A DNA stretch of 63,902 bases, filler included, from Octopus bimaculoides (Eukaryota): NCBI RefSeq assembly GCF_001194135.2. It is 4 parts of 4 records of this genome, joined end to end, with 100 filler letters (N's around TTAATTAATTAA, not from the genome) between each part and the next. Parts side by side here need not be neighbours in the genome. Positions count along the whole stretch, not along the records: positions 49,427 to 60,537 come from NC_068999.1; positions 60,638 to 63,902 come from NC_068982.1; 2 more parts are not named here. One strand, written 5' to 3'. Position 1 is the first letter of the stretch, and each line of letters opens with the position of its first letter. Below the pieces are notes generated by a model, which was given only the letters and a program-made list of their open reading frames with translations, was not told where the DNA came from and made no database searches. A program made the translations under genes and the position numbers. Below are positions 50,366 through 61,690 of this stretch, piece by piece.

Positions 50366-50960
50366 GGTTCTCCTAGATCGGTGAGATTGATGCCATTAAT
50401 GATCCTCTCGGACTTTTACAAGTCAACATCTACGGGAAAGACGTTAGTAAAGGAGCTAATTCTAAAGAGCGACACACTGGGAAGAAATGACTATAGTGAT
50501 TAGTGCGGTGTGGAGGAAGGGTTGGATACAATGAGGGTGATAAGATGTGGATAGACGAGTGATTCAAGAATCCCTGAATTGAGGTGGCGTGAGTTCAGTT
50601 AGTTCTGAAGATGTGAGTTAATTGAAATAGCCAGTAGAAAATGTAAAAAGTGGAGGCATCTGTGGACCAGAGTCTAGTGCGTGTATAAGAAGATAAGACG
50701 AATTTGTCACATTGGTGTGTGCAATTAGCAGCGTTGCTCCGTTGTAAGTCTCACCTGGGGTTTGTAGAGTGTCAATAATTCTTGAGGGCTGGATTATCTT
50801 CGCACTCTGAAAAGAAGGGCCAATCTTTGTGATGTGGTCCTAGCTAAGTTAAAGATGTACTTTCACTAAGGGAAATCTTTGGTAATATGGCTCTAGTTTT
50901 GCGCTGCTCACGCTTCAGGGGAGTGTGATGCAATAATTTTTGATCACGCCGTGTTAGTCT
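50366..50960 (-). mobile_element. CR1/L2-like LINE RT C-terminal fragment
   Basis: Frameshifted minus-strand reading ...ALRIIDTLQ...LVHRC...SSELTELTPP...HPHCIQ...SFLPSVSL...NVFPVDVDL...INGINL. Confidence 0.65.
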
Positions 50961-50989
50961 CTAGTAAAATCGTTGTTTTCTCTCGTTTG

Positions 50990-52745
50990 ATTTCTGTTTA
51001 TGTGTATACAGTTTGTTCCCTTTTGTTATTAAGAGAACCAGGAACCTTTTGGTTGACGTTTTGTGTTTTTTTACCCATGAAAGGCAGTTTTTGCCTCCCC
51101 ACTCAGAAAAATCGCTCGCGAGCGGTAAAAGAAGAAAATCCATAATCAAAATTTCGGCCTCAACAAAGAAGACGACGACCATTGAAACTATGAAGGAGAA
51201 AACTTCTTCCCATCAACCCTCTTACAGCCAAAGACTTCCCTCTTCATCCTTTACTCACTCATCTGCGAGAGGTGATAATATTGACAACAACAAAAGCAAG
51301 AACGAGCTGATTAACGTAGCTGACGAAACCACAGAAAAACTCATCATCATCAATAGCAGCAGCAGCAGCACCCCTCTCCCCCCAACCACCACTATATCAA
51401 GCATGCAGATTGACAGCATAGATTACGACAGTAGCAGAACAACAGTAACAATAACAAAAATAATATCAACAACAACAACAACAATATTAACTACAACGAC
51501 AAGAGTAATACGTTCAGCAGCAGCAGTAGCCGCAGCAGCAACATCAACATCAACGATAGCAACAACAACAACAACAATAATGACAGCAAACTCACTTTTA
51601 CAGGTGTATCAAAGTGAAGGGAATAAATAAAACTCTCCTTAAAAGACGAGCAGCAAAAGTTAGAGGAAGTAGCTCTTTATAGAAAGAATGTGGGGCGATA
51701 AGCATTCATTGAACCTCCATAAAACTTCTCAAATGGTATTTTAAAAAGAACAATATGCTACCGGTGAATCACTGTGAGAAACCACTGCATAGAGAACGCA
51801 ACTAATGTTCAGATGGAAAGGGTTTTTTAAAATATGGGAGGATATGCAGAACGTGTTCAGGACTGAACAGTACGGGAGCACAAGTTTTATTCAAGACCGA
51901 AGCCCTCGCTTTGCAACAATCCGTGGTACCCTGGAGGAGTGAAGAAATGACTCCGTGCCCTACGTACTTGGGCCACAGAACGTATTCAAGGTAACCCACC
52001 GGAGTATAACCTCCAGTGAGCCGTATCCTGAGTGATGTTAAAGGGTAGTGACATGATATTGGATGTCAAGTGGATGGAGTGGGAGATCTTTTCTAGGATC
52101 AACATAGAGATAGAGTATTCTGTAGACCAGTAGATAAAAGTAACATATGTTGTCCACAATTCAAAGTCATGTGGACGTGTGGTGGTGGTAGTGGTGGTGG
52201 TGGGGGCTCTACAGGCGCAGAAGTGCTGTCAGACGGACTGCGCGAGAATCGCGTACTATGATGAAACCGCTCTGTATGCACTGATTCAGTATCCGGACAT
52301 TGCTGACTTGTTGAGCTTTGTCGAACAGCTGTTGTCGCGTGTAGGGCGGATCTGGCTCTCGGCCGAATCCATCGTGAAGATCACTTCGCCACCTTCTTTT
52401 GGTCGGGAAGTGAAGGCAGTTTTCTTCTCTGGTTGCTATAGAGAAAAAGGTAGAATGGTGGACGACGTTGAAAGGACTGAAGAAGTTGCTTTTGTCTTCG
52501 ACCAAGTTCTCATCGACCTTTCAAGTTCCACTTGAAAAATAAAGTGAGGATGGAAAGGGGAAATGCTTCTTCCCCCAGTATTTTTGTTGAAAGGTAGGTG
52601 AATGTTATGAGGATGGCTTGTGCGAATGGGCCTACTCTAAAGATGTGCTGTAGAGAACGAAAATGGAAAGGGTGCCTGCCTGAAGCACTCTTGGTGATTA
52701 AGGTGTCCTTTTGGAAAATTTCTTATTTAACAGAAATAATGTTCT
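50990..52745 (+). mobile_element. Multiply deleted Tx1/L1-type element (ORF1 pieces, APE tail, ORF2 C-terminus)
   Basis: Low-complexity ORF 51013-51630; GAQVLFKTEALALQQSVVPWRSEEMTPCPTYLGHRT (ORF1 motif, about 51875-51985); DRVFCRPVDKSNICCPQF (APE tail); SFVEQLLSRVGRIWLSAESIVKI (C-terminal region). Confidence 0.7.
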
Positions 52746-52797
52746 TTGCCACTCCAACACGGCTGTTCCGTAGAAACCGACGTTACTACCACTTTAA

Positions 52798-53102
52798 CCC
52801 CAGGAGGACGTTTACTCCAGCTGGTTATTCGATGCAATCTGCACCCGATATATATTGCCAACAGGAGAGTGAACCCTTACCATCTTCCAGCGACAGGACC
52901 ATCAAACCGTACGGTTTCAAGCTATTTGTGCTCATCCTCAGTAGTAAATACTCGTCCGCTAGAGGTAGCAGTAGTTCGCTCCGGCTCGCAATATATAGAA
53001 AATAAGTGACAACCAGTCACTAATCTTGCAACAAGCAAATTAGCTAGTTAGAAAATCCAATTTCTATAAGAGATGAAAGCGGGAGGAGGCGTCCTCCTGG
53101 GG
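52798..53102. mobile_element. piggyBac-type MITE, second family
   Basis: TTAA|CCCCAGGAGGACG ... CGTCCTCCTGGGG|TTAA (perfect 13-bp TIR); 305 bp. Confidence 0.88.
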
Positions 53103-53109
53103 TTAAAGC

Positions 53110-56100
53110 TGTCGGACTGTTATAACTCCCACTCCGGTATAGCAGTATAGTTAGTTAGACAAGTAAAACCACGACTATCTATGACCGTCTATTTCGTACT
53201 TTCTCCTATACTGACACTGACTGGCAATATTTATAACGACCTTCACATACTACTCGTCACGTGGGAAGGGTGTTCTATTACTACTATTATCCCCATAACA
53301 TCTCTCCTTTTAACTTTTTCTATTTTTCTTAGGGAGTGTAATTTTTTCTTTTATTACATCACCCCCTCCTTTTTTCTTTTTTTCTTTGTTTTTCTTTACA
53401 CATTTCTTTTCACATTTAATATTTTTTTCGTTTGGCATCCACTTCCAGAAACTTCCTTTTTTTTTTTACGCTTGTGCGTCTGGGTTCAATTATTTGTAGT
53501 GGCGTTGGTACTTGAAAAGTATCATATAACCATTCGATTGGTTCCTCCATTCTCTTGAGTTCGCTCTTAATGAATCTTCTTTTTAGTTGGTTCATGTATT
53601 TCTTGTATACCCCTTTTCTTCTTTTTACCAAGTATAGCATTTTCCCCATGCGTTTGGTAATCACGCCATCCCTTCATCTATGTTTTCCGTTTTTATATAC
53701 CCTAACAAATACCTTCTTGCCAATTTTGAAATATCTTGCTGTATTATCTATTGCAATGTTTTTCTTATCAGGTAACAATTTGTCGAAGACTGATTTTATT
53801 TTACTTGCAAACATTAGCTCCGCTGGTGACATAGCTGCTGGTGTATTTGGATTTGGTGTCACACAGTATACTCCTAAGAATTGTTGTAGAGCTATCTCAT
53901 CTGTGACTTTCATATTCGACCTTTTTAAGGCTATCTTGAACGTATCAACAAAGCGTTCTTCTTATCTGTTAGATCTGGGATGGTATGGCACCGTAGTTAC
54001 ATGTTCTAAAGCGAACGCTTTACAAAACTTTTTAAACTCAAAAGAAACAAATTACATTCTATTGTTAGACACTATCACGTCTGAGATGTCAAATCTCGCA
54101 AACAGCTCATGTAGAAAGTTTGTCGCATTTGAAGATGTTGGCTTTTTACACTTACAAATTTCTGGCCTTTTAGAGAAACTATTGACTACCATTAAGTAGT
54201 ATGAACCGTTTAAGGGACCAGCGAAATCGGTGTGTAGTCTCGACCACGGAACATCTACTTTTGGCCAAGATTCACTTTTTATCGTTGGTAATTTTTCCGC
54301 TAGAGCACATCTTCTACAGCCTTTCACTAAATTTTCGATTTCTCTATCCATTTGTGGCCAGTACACGTAGCTACGCATTAAAGCTTTCATCCTAGAATTA
54401 CCAGGATGTCCAACATGAAATTCTCTCAACATTTTCTTTCACAGTGTTTCAGGTATTACTACTTTCTTTGTATACATCAGTACGCCATCACAAATTGCGT
54501 ATAGGTTCACGTTTTGGTTTCGTTTCGCACCAATCCTGTTCCTATTTATATTTCTTGTCCACAGTATTATTTTAATTTCTGTTACGAATTTGTCTTTTTC
54601 TGCATTTCGTTTTGTCTTCAAAGGTCACCGGTAATTCGTGTGTCACATTCCACATTACATTTTTTATTTCTTCTTCTGATCTTGAGGCTGCGATTATCGT
54701 ATCTTCGAATGGCTCGCATAGTTTCGGTATCAGTCTAGACAAGCCATCTGCATACTCTATTTTTTTTTACGGTAAATATTTCATTTTATAATCATAATTC
54801 AATAATGTAGTGCCCCATCGCTGTAGTCTATTCGCTGTGTATGTTGGAATTCCTTTGTTAGGACTATATATTGATAGTGGTGGACGACGATCCTTTTGTA
54901 GACAGAAACTTCTTCCATGAATAAATCTATGGAATTTTTTAATACAGAATATGATTGGTAACGCTTCTTTGTCCATCTGACAATAGTTCCTTATTTCTTT
55001 ATTGTCCACAAGGGGCTAAACATAAAGGAGACAAACAAGGGATTAAGTCGATGACATCGACCCCAGTGCATAACTGGTACTTAATTTATCGACCCCGAAA
55101 GGATGAAAGGCAAAGTCGACCTCGGCGGAATTTGAACTCAGAACGTAGCGGCAGACGAAATACCGCTAAGCATTTCGATCGGCGTGCTAACGTTTCTGCC
55201 AGCTCACCGCCTTATTGTTCCTTTCAGCTGGTAATAACGATCATGACGCATGGGCTATAACCTTTTTACTCCAATCGTCATATTTGTGCAGAAGCACGGC
55301 TCCTATACCGTAATCACTTACATCTGTAGCCAATATAATTTCCAGGTTCGGATCAAAATGCATTAACGATAAGTTTGATGTTAAATTGTTTTTTAAGTTG
55401 TCAAATGCCTTCTGGTACTTATCAGTCCAGCACCATTTTGCATTTTATTATGCATATTTGGAATGTAAATTTGATAGTAATTTACTAAATCTAAGAATGC
55501 TTGTAGCATAGTTACATTATTCGGCGTGGACATGTTTTTTTTATCGCAGTTGCTCTGGATAGATCCGGTTTCCGTCCGTTTCTATCTATTATCTGGCCCA
55601 AGTTTTCAGAAAAAACTTGCATTTATCGTCCGTTAACTTGAAACCGTATTCTGTAATTTTTTTGAATACTCTTTTTACATGTTCTACATGTTGTTCATGT
55701 AATTCGCTTTTTATTAGGATATCGTCTAAATAGGCGATAACAAAATCACAGTCACCCAGCATTGTAACTATTATTTGCTGAAATATGGAAGGAATCACTT
55801 TTACACCGAAGGGAAGCCACTTAAATTTAAATAAGCCATGGTATGTATTAATGGTTAATAAGTGTGAGCATTCTTCTTCTACTTGGATTTGAAGATATGC
55901 CTCCGAGAGGTCTAAGTTTTAGAAGAATTTCCCTCCTTTCAGTTTTGCGAACACTTCCTCAGGACTTGGCGATGGGTAGTTATGTGAGATTAAGCAACCA
56001 TTCAGCCCCGTTAAAAAATCTACACAAACTCTTACCTTATTATTTTTCTTTTTTACGTAGACCGTAGGTGATGCCCAGTCTGAGTGGTCCGTCTTCTCAA

Positions 56101-57988
56101 TTATTCCTAGGCTTTCAAGTCTTTCAAGTTCCTTATTTACCTGTTTTAATGCCGCGAACGGTACATTTTGGCTTAAATAGAGGAGTTGCACTTTGTTTTA
56201 CTACAATTTTTACCTTCGTTTACATACCGCAGCCCAGTTCACGCGAGAAAACATCTGGAAATATTATATTTTTCGTTTCAGTCCCTCAGCCGCGTTCGAA
56301 CTACTGAACTCACCATATTCCCCCACAAAACACTTATAGGCGTATTCCACTATTTGAATAGGTACATCCACTCTGTGCCGAATATATTAACTGAATTTTT
56401 TGATACATATACTTTTGCCGTTTTCATTTGGTCATAAAATGTCACATTACACACAAATTCGCCAACTTAATACAATCTTTTACCCGCAACTTCATACGCT
56501 ACTTTTGTAGATTTACTTAATTTTGGTTTACCGATATACTTCCAAGTTTTTTCATTTACAATGGTAATATCACTTCCAGTGTCTAACTGCATTTTTACTC
56601 TTATATTCCCAATTTTTACATTTACTAACTTCCTCTTTGTTATCATTTTCTTTCCACGACATCTTGTTTATTCTTTTTTCTTTGTTCCAACGTTTTGTCA
56701 TCTTGGTTTTACAGTGTGCCTTTAGGTGTCCAATTTTTCCACAACGGAAACATTCCACTTTCTTAAATGGGTAATTTTTCTCAGGTGTAGACCTCCACAT
56801 GCAAAACACGGGTTTGTTTTCTGATTTTTGATCTACTTCTTGTTCTGTCTGTACTGTATTGTAGCACACGCTTGCTTTCTATTCTGCCTGTTTTGTATTT
56901 TCCGACGCACTTGTTTCACTTGAGAGCAATCTTTATGTTCAATGTTCTCCGTGTCTTGTCTGAAATTTGCCATTCTTTTACATTCTTCTGACACTTGTTG
57001 TAAGATTACAGCTTGATTTTGTTCCAGATTAGCGAGAATTCTTGTTCTTACTTCTGCGTGTTTTACTGCAGTTGGTCCCTGATTAAATATCAGACACTTG
57101 AACATATCTGGCGTTAAATCGTCCAATTTGAACTTTTCCCATTCCCTGTTAACTCTACCATCATATGTGATGTAATCTTCCTCGTTGTTCTTTTCTAAGT
57201 TCAAACATTTCTAGCGTGTATTGAACAATCAGCATTTCGCGCTAAAGATTTTACACAATATGTCTATTGTATTTTTAAAGTTTATGTCAGAAAGTTTTTT
57301 CGGGTGTACGTAATTCCTGTAATGCTCATGTTCTCCTGCTGCCAGTTTTCTTAAGGTTAAAAGCGTTTTCATATCGTCGTACCAATCTTTGCACATTTTA
57401 TTGAAGATCTGTTTGTATCTTCTATAGTACGCCTTGAAAGTAACTCCTTCGTCTGGTTCATACTTAAATTCTGTTATTGAGTTCGCAACATAATCTAGTG
57501 AGGGCATCTTTTAGCATTTTCTTTAATTTCAGCATTTGTTGCTGTAATTCTCGTTGTTGTTGCTTCTGCTGTTGTTTTTGCAGTTGTAGTTGCTGCTGTT
57601 GTTCTTTCAGTTGTTGCTGTTGTTTTTGCAACTCGAGTAAAGTGGCCAACGATGTTTCCATAATTTTACGATTTGGTATACCGAAAAAATCGCACATAAA
57701 ACTTTTGTGAGTTTCGTAACTCCTTGTGAGTTTGTCAATTCCTCGTGAGTTTGTTAGTTCCTCGTGAGTTTGTTAATTCCCCGCCATCACTGTTGTAATC
57801 TTCTGTCGGACTGTTATAACGTCCATTCCGGTATAGTAGTATAGTTAGTTAGACAAGACCATGACTGTCTGCTTCGTACTCTCTCCTATACTGACACTGA
57901 CTGACATTATTTATAATGACCAACACATACCACTTGTCACGTGGGAACTATTATTACTATTATTATTATTATTATTATCCACATAACA
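53110..57988 (-). mobile_element. Ty3/Gypsy LTR retrotransposon 3, near full-length, degenerate
   Basis: LTRs 57988-57791 and 53300-53110, PPT 53311-53301, poly-Q Gag with CFRCGKIGHLKAHC knuckle, RT WASPTV and YLDD, RNase H KEAL, integrase HPGNSRMK and WSRLHTDFAG. Confidence 0.93.
54993..55216 (-). mobile_element. Full-length tRNA-derived SINE inserted in the Gypsy RNase H region
   Basis: Head TAAGGCGGTGAGCTGGCAGAAACGTTAG, B-box GAGTTCAAATTC; GTTCCTT duplicated at 54986-92 and 55217-23; CpGs retained. Confidence 0.9.
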
Positions 57989-58171
57989 GGAACATTACTT
58001 CCCAGTACAGTTACTGCTTTCATCCCTTTTCTAAGTAGCTAATTTGCTTATTTTAATACATTTTTGTTAATTTTTTCTGCTTAAACCTGCTACATGTAAA
58101 CTCCCATTGTCCTTTGTGTTGCATTGTCCACATGTTTTTGGTGTGTGGCCTTTGTGGATAATGAAGATAAA

Positions 58172-58204
<33 letters not shown>

Positions 58205-58850
58205 GAGTGAGAGAGCAGTGCATGCCATCAAAGTGACACAGGGGTAAAATATACGAAGCCCAGTATACTCATCATGACTACCCGTCTGATAAGGGTACAC
58301 CAGGCACATGCATCACAACCCCATATGTGCGTGACATGGTGATCTTATATCAAGATAAACAGCGCATGACCTTGCAACTGGGGCCCAGTTAGAATTTTCT
58401 TCAGGTCGAGTAGCCCATCCTGCTCAAATGGTCCTTGAATAAGGGTTGTTTAAGTAAGTTGAACGAAACACCCATGTTTCCAGAGGTGAATTATTAAAAC
58501 TCCAAACAATTCCTTTCAACACGTAGCTATAATGCTCCCCCGCTACTTCTGCTCGTGATTAGAGATGCACATATCATCAACCACCAAAGGACATGCTCAA
58601 CTGGTTAAGGTCAAACAACTGACAAATCTGTGGTATTGAGCAGAATATTTGCTGTAACCCATATTTTATACCAAGACAAAATAATGTACATGATAACACT
58701 TCCAATCAGTTAAGATGAGAAGTCATGAAAGCCACTGCCTGGTACTGCATCAGGACATTCACTACCTGGTACTGAATCAGGGCGTGGTACTGCATCAAGG
58801 CATGGTACTGTATCAGGGCATGGTACTGCATTAGGGCAAGGTACTGCATT
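58205..58850. repeat. Interspersed repeat of unassigned class ending in an 18-bp (TGGTACTGCATCAGGGCA) tandem array; partial second copy at 61915-62155
   Basis: ACATGCTCAA..GGTTAAGGTCAA.CAACTGACAA..TCTGTGGTATTGAGC shared by both loci; about five TGGTACTG units at 58740-58848. Confidence 0.7.
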
Positions 58851-58859
58851 ATTATTATT

Positions 58860-60484
58860 CCTTTGTAACACAGTGTAGGTAACAATTCACCGGAGTCTTT
58901 AGTCGTCTGTCAAGTCACAACAAGGACCTTAGACAGATAATACTTTCCTTTAGATGTGCTCTGTGCCCATTCAGACTGCTTTTTGCAAGACTTGCATGGA
59001 ATTTTCATGCAAGACTTGCATGGGATTTCCAGTTGCCTTAAGAAAGTCTTTGAAGTTTCAACGATCCGATCTCCACTGGTATCACTTTTACATTACCCTC
59101 TCGCATTCCATACAGTCTTGCCATTTCCACTTTCAATTCGGCGTACTTGGTAATTTTTTCAACCTCTTCACTCACAACAGTCATGTCATTTGGTATGGTT
59201 ACATCCATGATCTGACAGTATTTGTCTCCCTTATTCAATATGACAATATCCGGCCAACTGTGTTCAATTACCCGATCCGTCTGTGTTCAATTACCCGATC
59301 CGTCTGTGTTCAATTACCCGATCATGTTCCTAGAGTATCGTTACTTTCCCATCCTCCTGCGTAACTTTACTTGGTACATGCTCATACCAGTTTTCTGTTG
59401 CTTTATATTGGTATTTACGGCATAAGAGCCAATGAAGATACTCATACCCTTTATCGTGGCGGCGTTTGTATTCTTTTAGTGCAAGGCTCTCACATTCACT
59501 TACCAAGTGGGTCACATTTTCCACACTCTTTTCACAAAGTTTGCATTTCTGGATATCAGAAGTTTTATAGATGTTATACTTCACTGACTTGGTAGTAAGA
59601 GCCTGGTCTTGTGTAGCAATGATCAGGCTTTCGGTGGTACACTTCAAATCACTTCGACCAAGCCATGCCCACGATGTTATATTATCCTTAACGTCCTGTG
59701 TATTTTTTTCAAACTCTCCATGAATTCTCATTTCAAGGTCTTCTTTTCTCTTCTCCTCAGTTCTTTGGCTAAACTCTTCTTTGCCCATCATATCATCTGC
59801 ATTTATACCCATATCTTTCGAAGCATATTGCAGCAGGTCTTCATCACTATTTATCTAATACTCGGCAAGTGTTCTCCTTTCACTCCTTATACAATGGTCT
59901 ATACTAATTAGTCCGCTTCCACCATTTTTTCTTTTCATATACAGTCTGTTTACGTTTGCTTTAGGGTGTAGCGCCCCATGCAGCGTCATCAACTTTCTTG
60001 TCCTTCTATCCAGTATTAATATTTCCTCCTTAGTCCATCTGAGGATAGACGCACTATATCTGACAACCGCAACTGCCCAGATATTCATTGCGGTAATCAA
60101 ATTTATGGCATTGAGGTTGGATTTCAACATCATCTTCACCATTTTTTGATACGCCTCGCTGAACTTGACTTTCATTTCTCTGTGTAGAATATCATCCAGC
60201 TCCAAAATCCATAAATATCTTTACCCACTACCGTCGGGTTCATCCTTGGTCTCTCCTGATGGTAATCGCAATCCTCTGTAGGATGCTTTCTTCTCTCTTT
60301 TCATATTAAGTACTGGGAATTTGGTAATCCTAAATTCCATACCAATGTCTCTACCACACTTCTGGATTGTTTTGGTTAAGGAATCTATCTGTTTTTAAGA
60401 TTCCCGAAACAATTTCAGGTCTTTCATAAACAGAAGATGCTTGAATGATGGGCCTTTCTTCCCACATCGGAAACCTATCTTAAC
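58860..60484 (-). mobile_element. 5'-truncated R4/Dong-like LINE flanked by (TTA)n
   Basis: RT thumb YLWI...AINLITAMNIWAVAVVRYS; QDQAL; CKLCEKSVENVTHLVSEC and RRHD; PDIVILNK...DVTIP...EKITKYAEL REL domain. Confidence 0.88.
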
Positions 60485-60537
<53 letters not shown>

Positions 60538-60773
60538 NNNNNNNNNNNNNNNNNNNNNNNNNNNNNNNNNNNNNNNNNNNNTTAATTAATTAANNNNNNN
60601 NNNNNNNNNNNNNNNNNNNNNNNNNNNNNNNNNNNNNTCTTGTTATTGTAGTTGTGGCTGTTGTTTTCGTTCATGTTTACATTGTATTTTCATATATATT
60701 TTTTTTGTTTATTTGCTAGTTGTTTTTCTTTAATTTTATTTCGATATTATTTGTTGTTTTTATATTTTAAAAT

Positions 60774-60851
<78 letters not shown>

Positions 60852-61484
60852 CACAAAACAATCTGAATAGTCATTAGATTTGATGAGGTACAGTAAAAAG
60901 CTCTTGTGAAGAAAGCACAAAGGTCGTTACCATTCCTTCAGCCCGCTACTTCAGTATTTATTGAAAGCGGAATGGCTATTAGCAGTAATGACCGTCTTTC
61001 TTTGTGTTCGAAGGCCACAATCCCATTTCTCTCTTCCTTTGACTCAATCCCCTCCATCCATCCATCCAGTCAGCCAGCCTTTCCTTATTATCAAAGTCGG
61101 TAAGAGATTCAAACGAAAGTACAAGCAAATACATAACTTACGTAAATAACGGTTACAGAGATTTTTAAAATGCTATTTTCCTCCCATTTCGTATTTTTGT
61201 CTTTGTGTCGCCAACATATATATTTATTTAGTTGTCAGTCTATCTATTTATTCACTTTGTTTATTTGATTTTATTTACCTCATTTTCCAATACAAAGAAG
61301 CTAATCATTTCAAATGGTTATTTGTCTATTTGATTAGATAAATAGCTTGGAAGTTGCCTTTGAAATATGGCGATGGTTACTTATTAGTTAACTGAAGAGA
61401 CATCTACTTAACAGATGAGAGTCACACAAACAACCATAAGATCATGTTTGGTTTCTTCCCCTGGTACTAGACATTTAAAGATGA

Positions 61485-61690
61485 AGGCGAGTAGCCTTTG
61501 TGGTTAGGGCAAGGTCGTGGTTTCGATTCCTGGACCGGGTGATGCGTTGTGTTCCTGAGCAAAATACTGCATTTCACGTTACTGAACAATCATTTCGACA
61601 TCTGATGTGTAGCACACCTTGCACCTATACAGGTAATATGAATTTGATTGAGGTAGTGAGCCAAACATTCGACCACTATAAACAAATCTT
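61485..61690 (+). mobile_element. tRNA-derived SINE
   Basis: TGTGGTTAGGGC A-box, GGTTTCGATTCC B-box, TGTGTTCCTGAGCAAAATACT body. Confidence 0.7.

Noticed and set aside
51013-51630. 205-aa S/T-rich ORF as a host gene
   Set aside because: Low complexity, no recognisable domain, and collinear with downstream ORF1/ORF2 remnants; more simply the LINE ORF1 N-terminal region. A host exon cannot be fully excluded.
51760-51830. Minus-strand GPCR TM3-like string SI*TLVAFSMQWFLTVIH
   Set aside because: No TM1/TM2 context, many stops, and the plus strand of the same region is explained by LINE ORF1 motifs.
60922-60993. Nested stem-loop (GGTCGTTAC/GTAATGACC, CCATTCC/GGAATGG)
   Set aside because: Short, bulged stems that could arise by chance; no family features.
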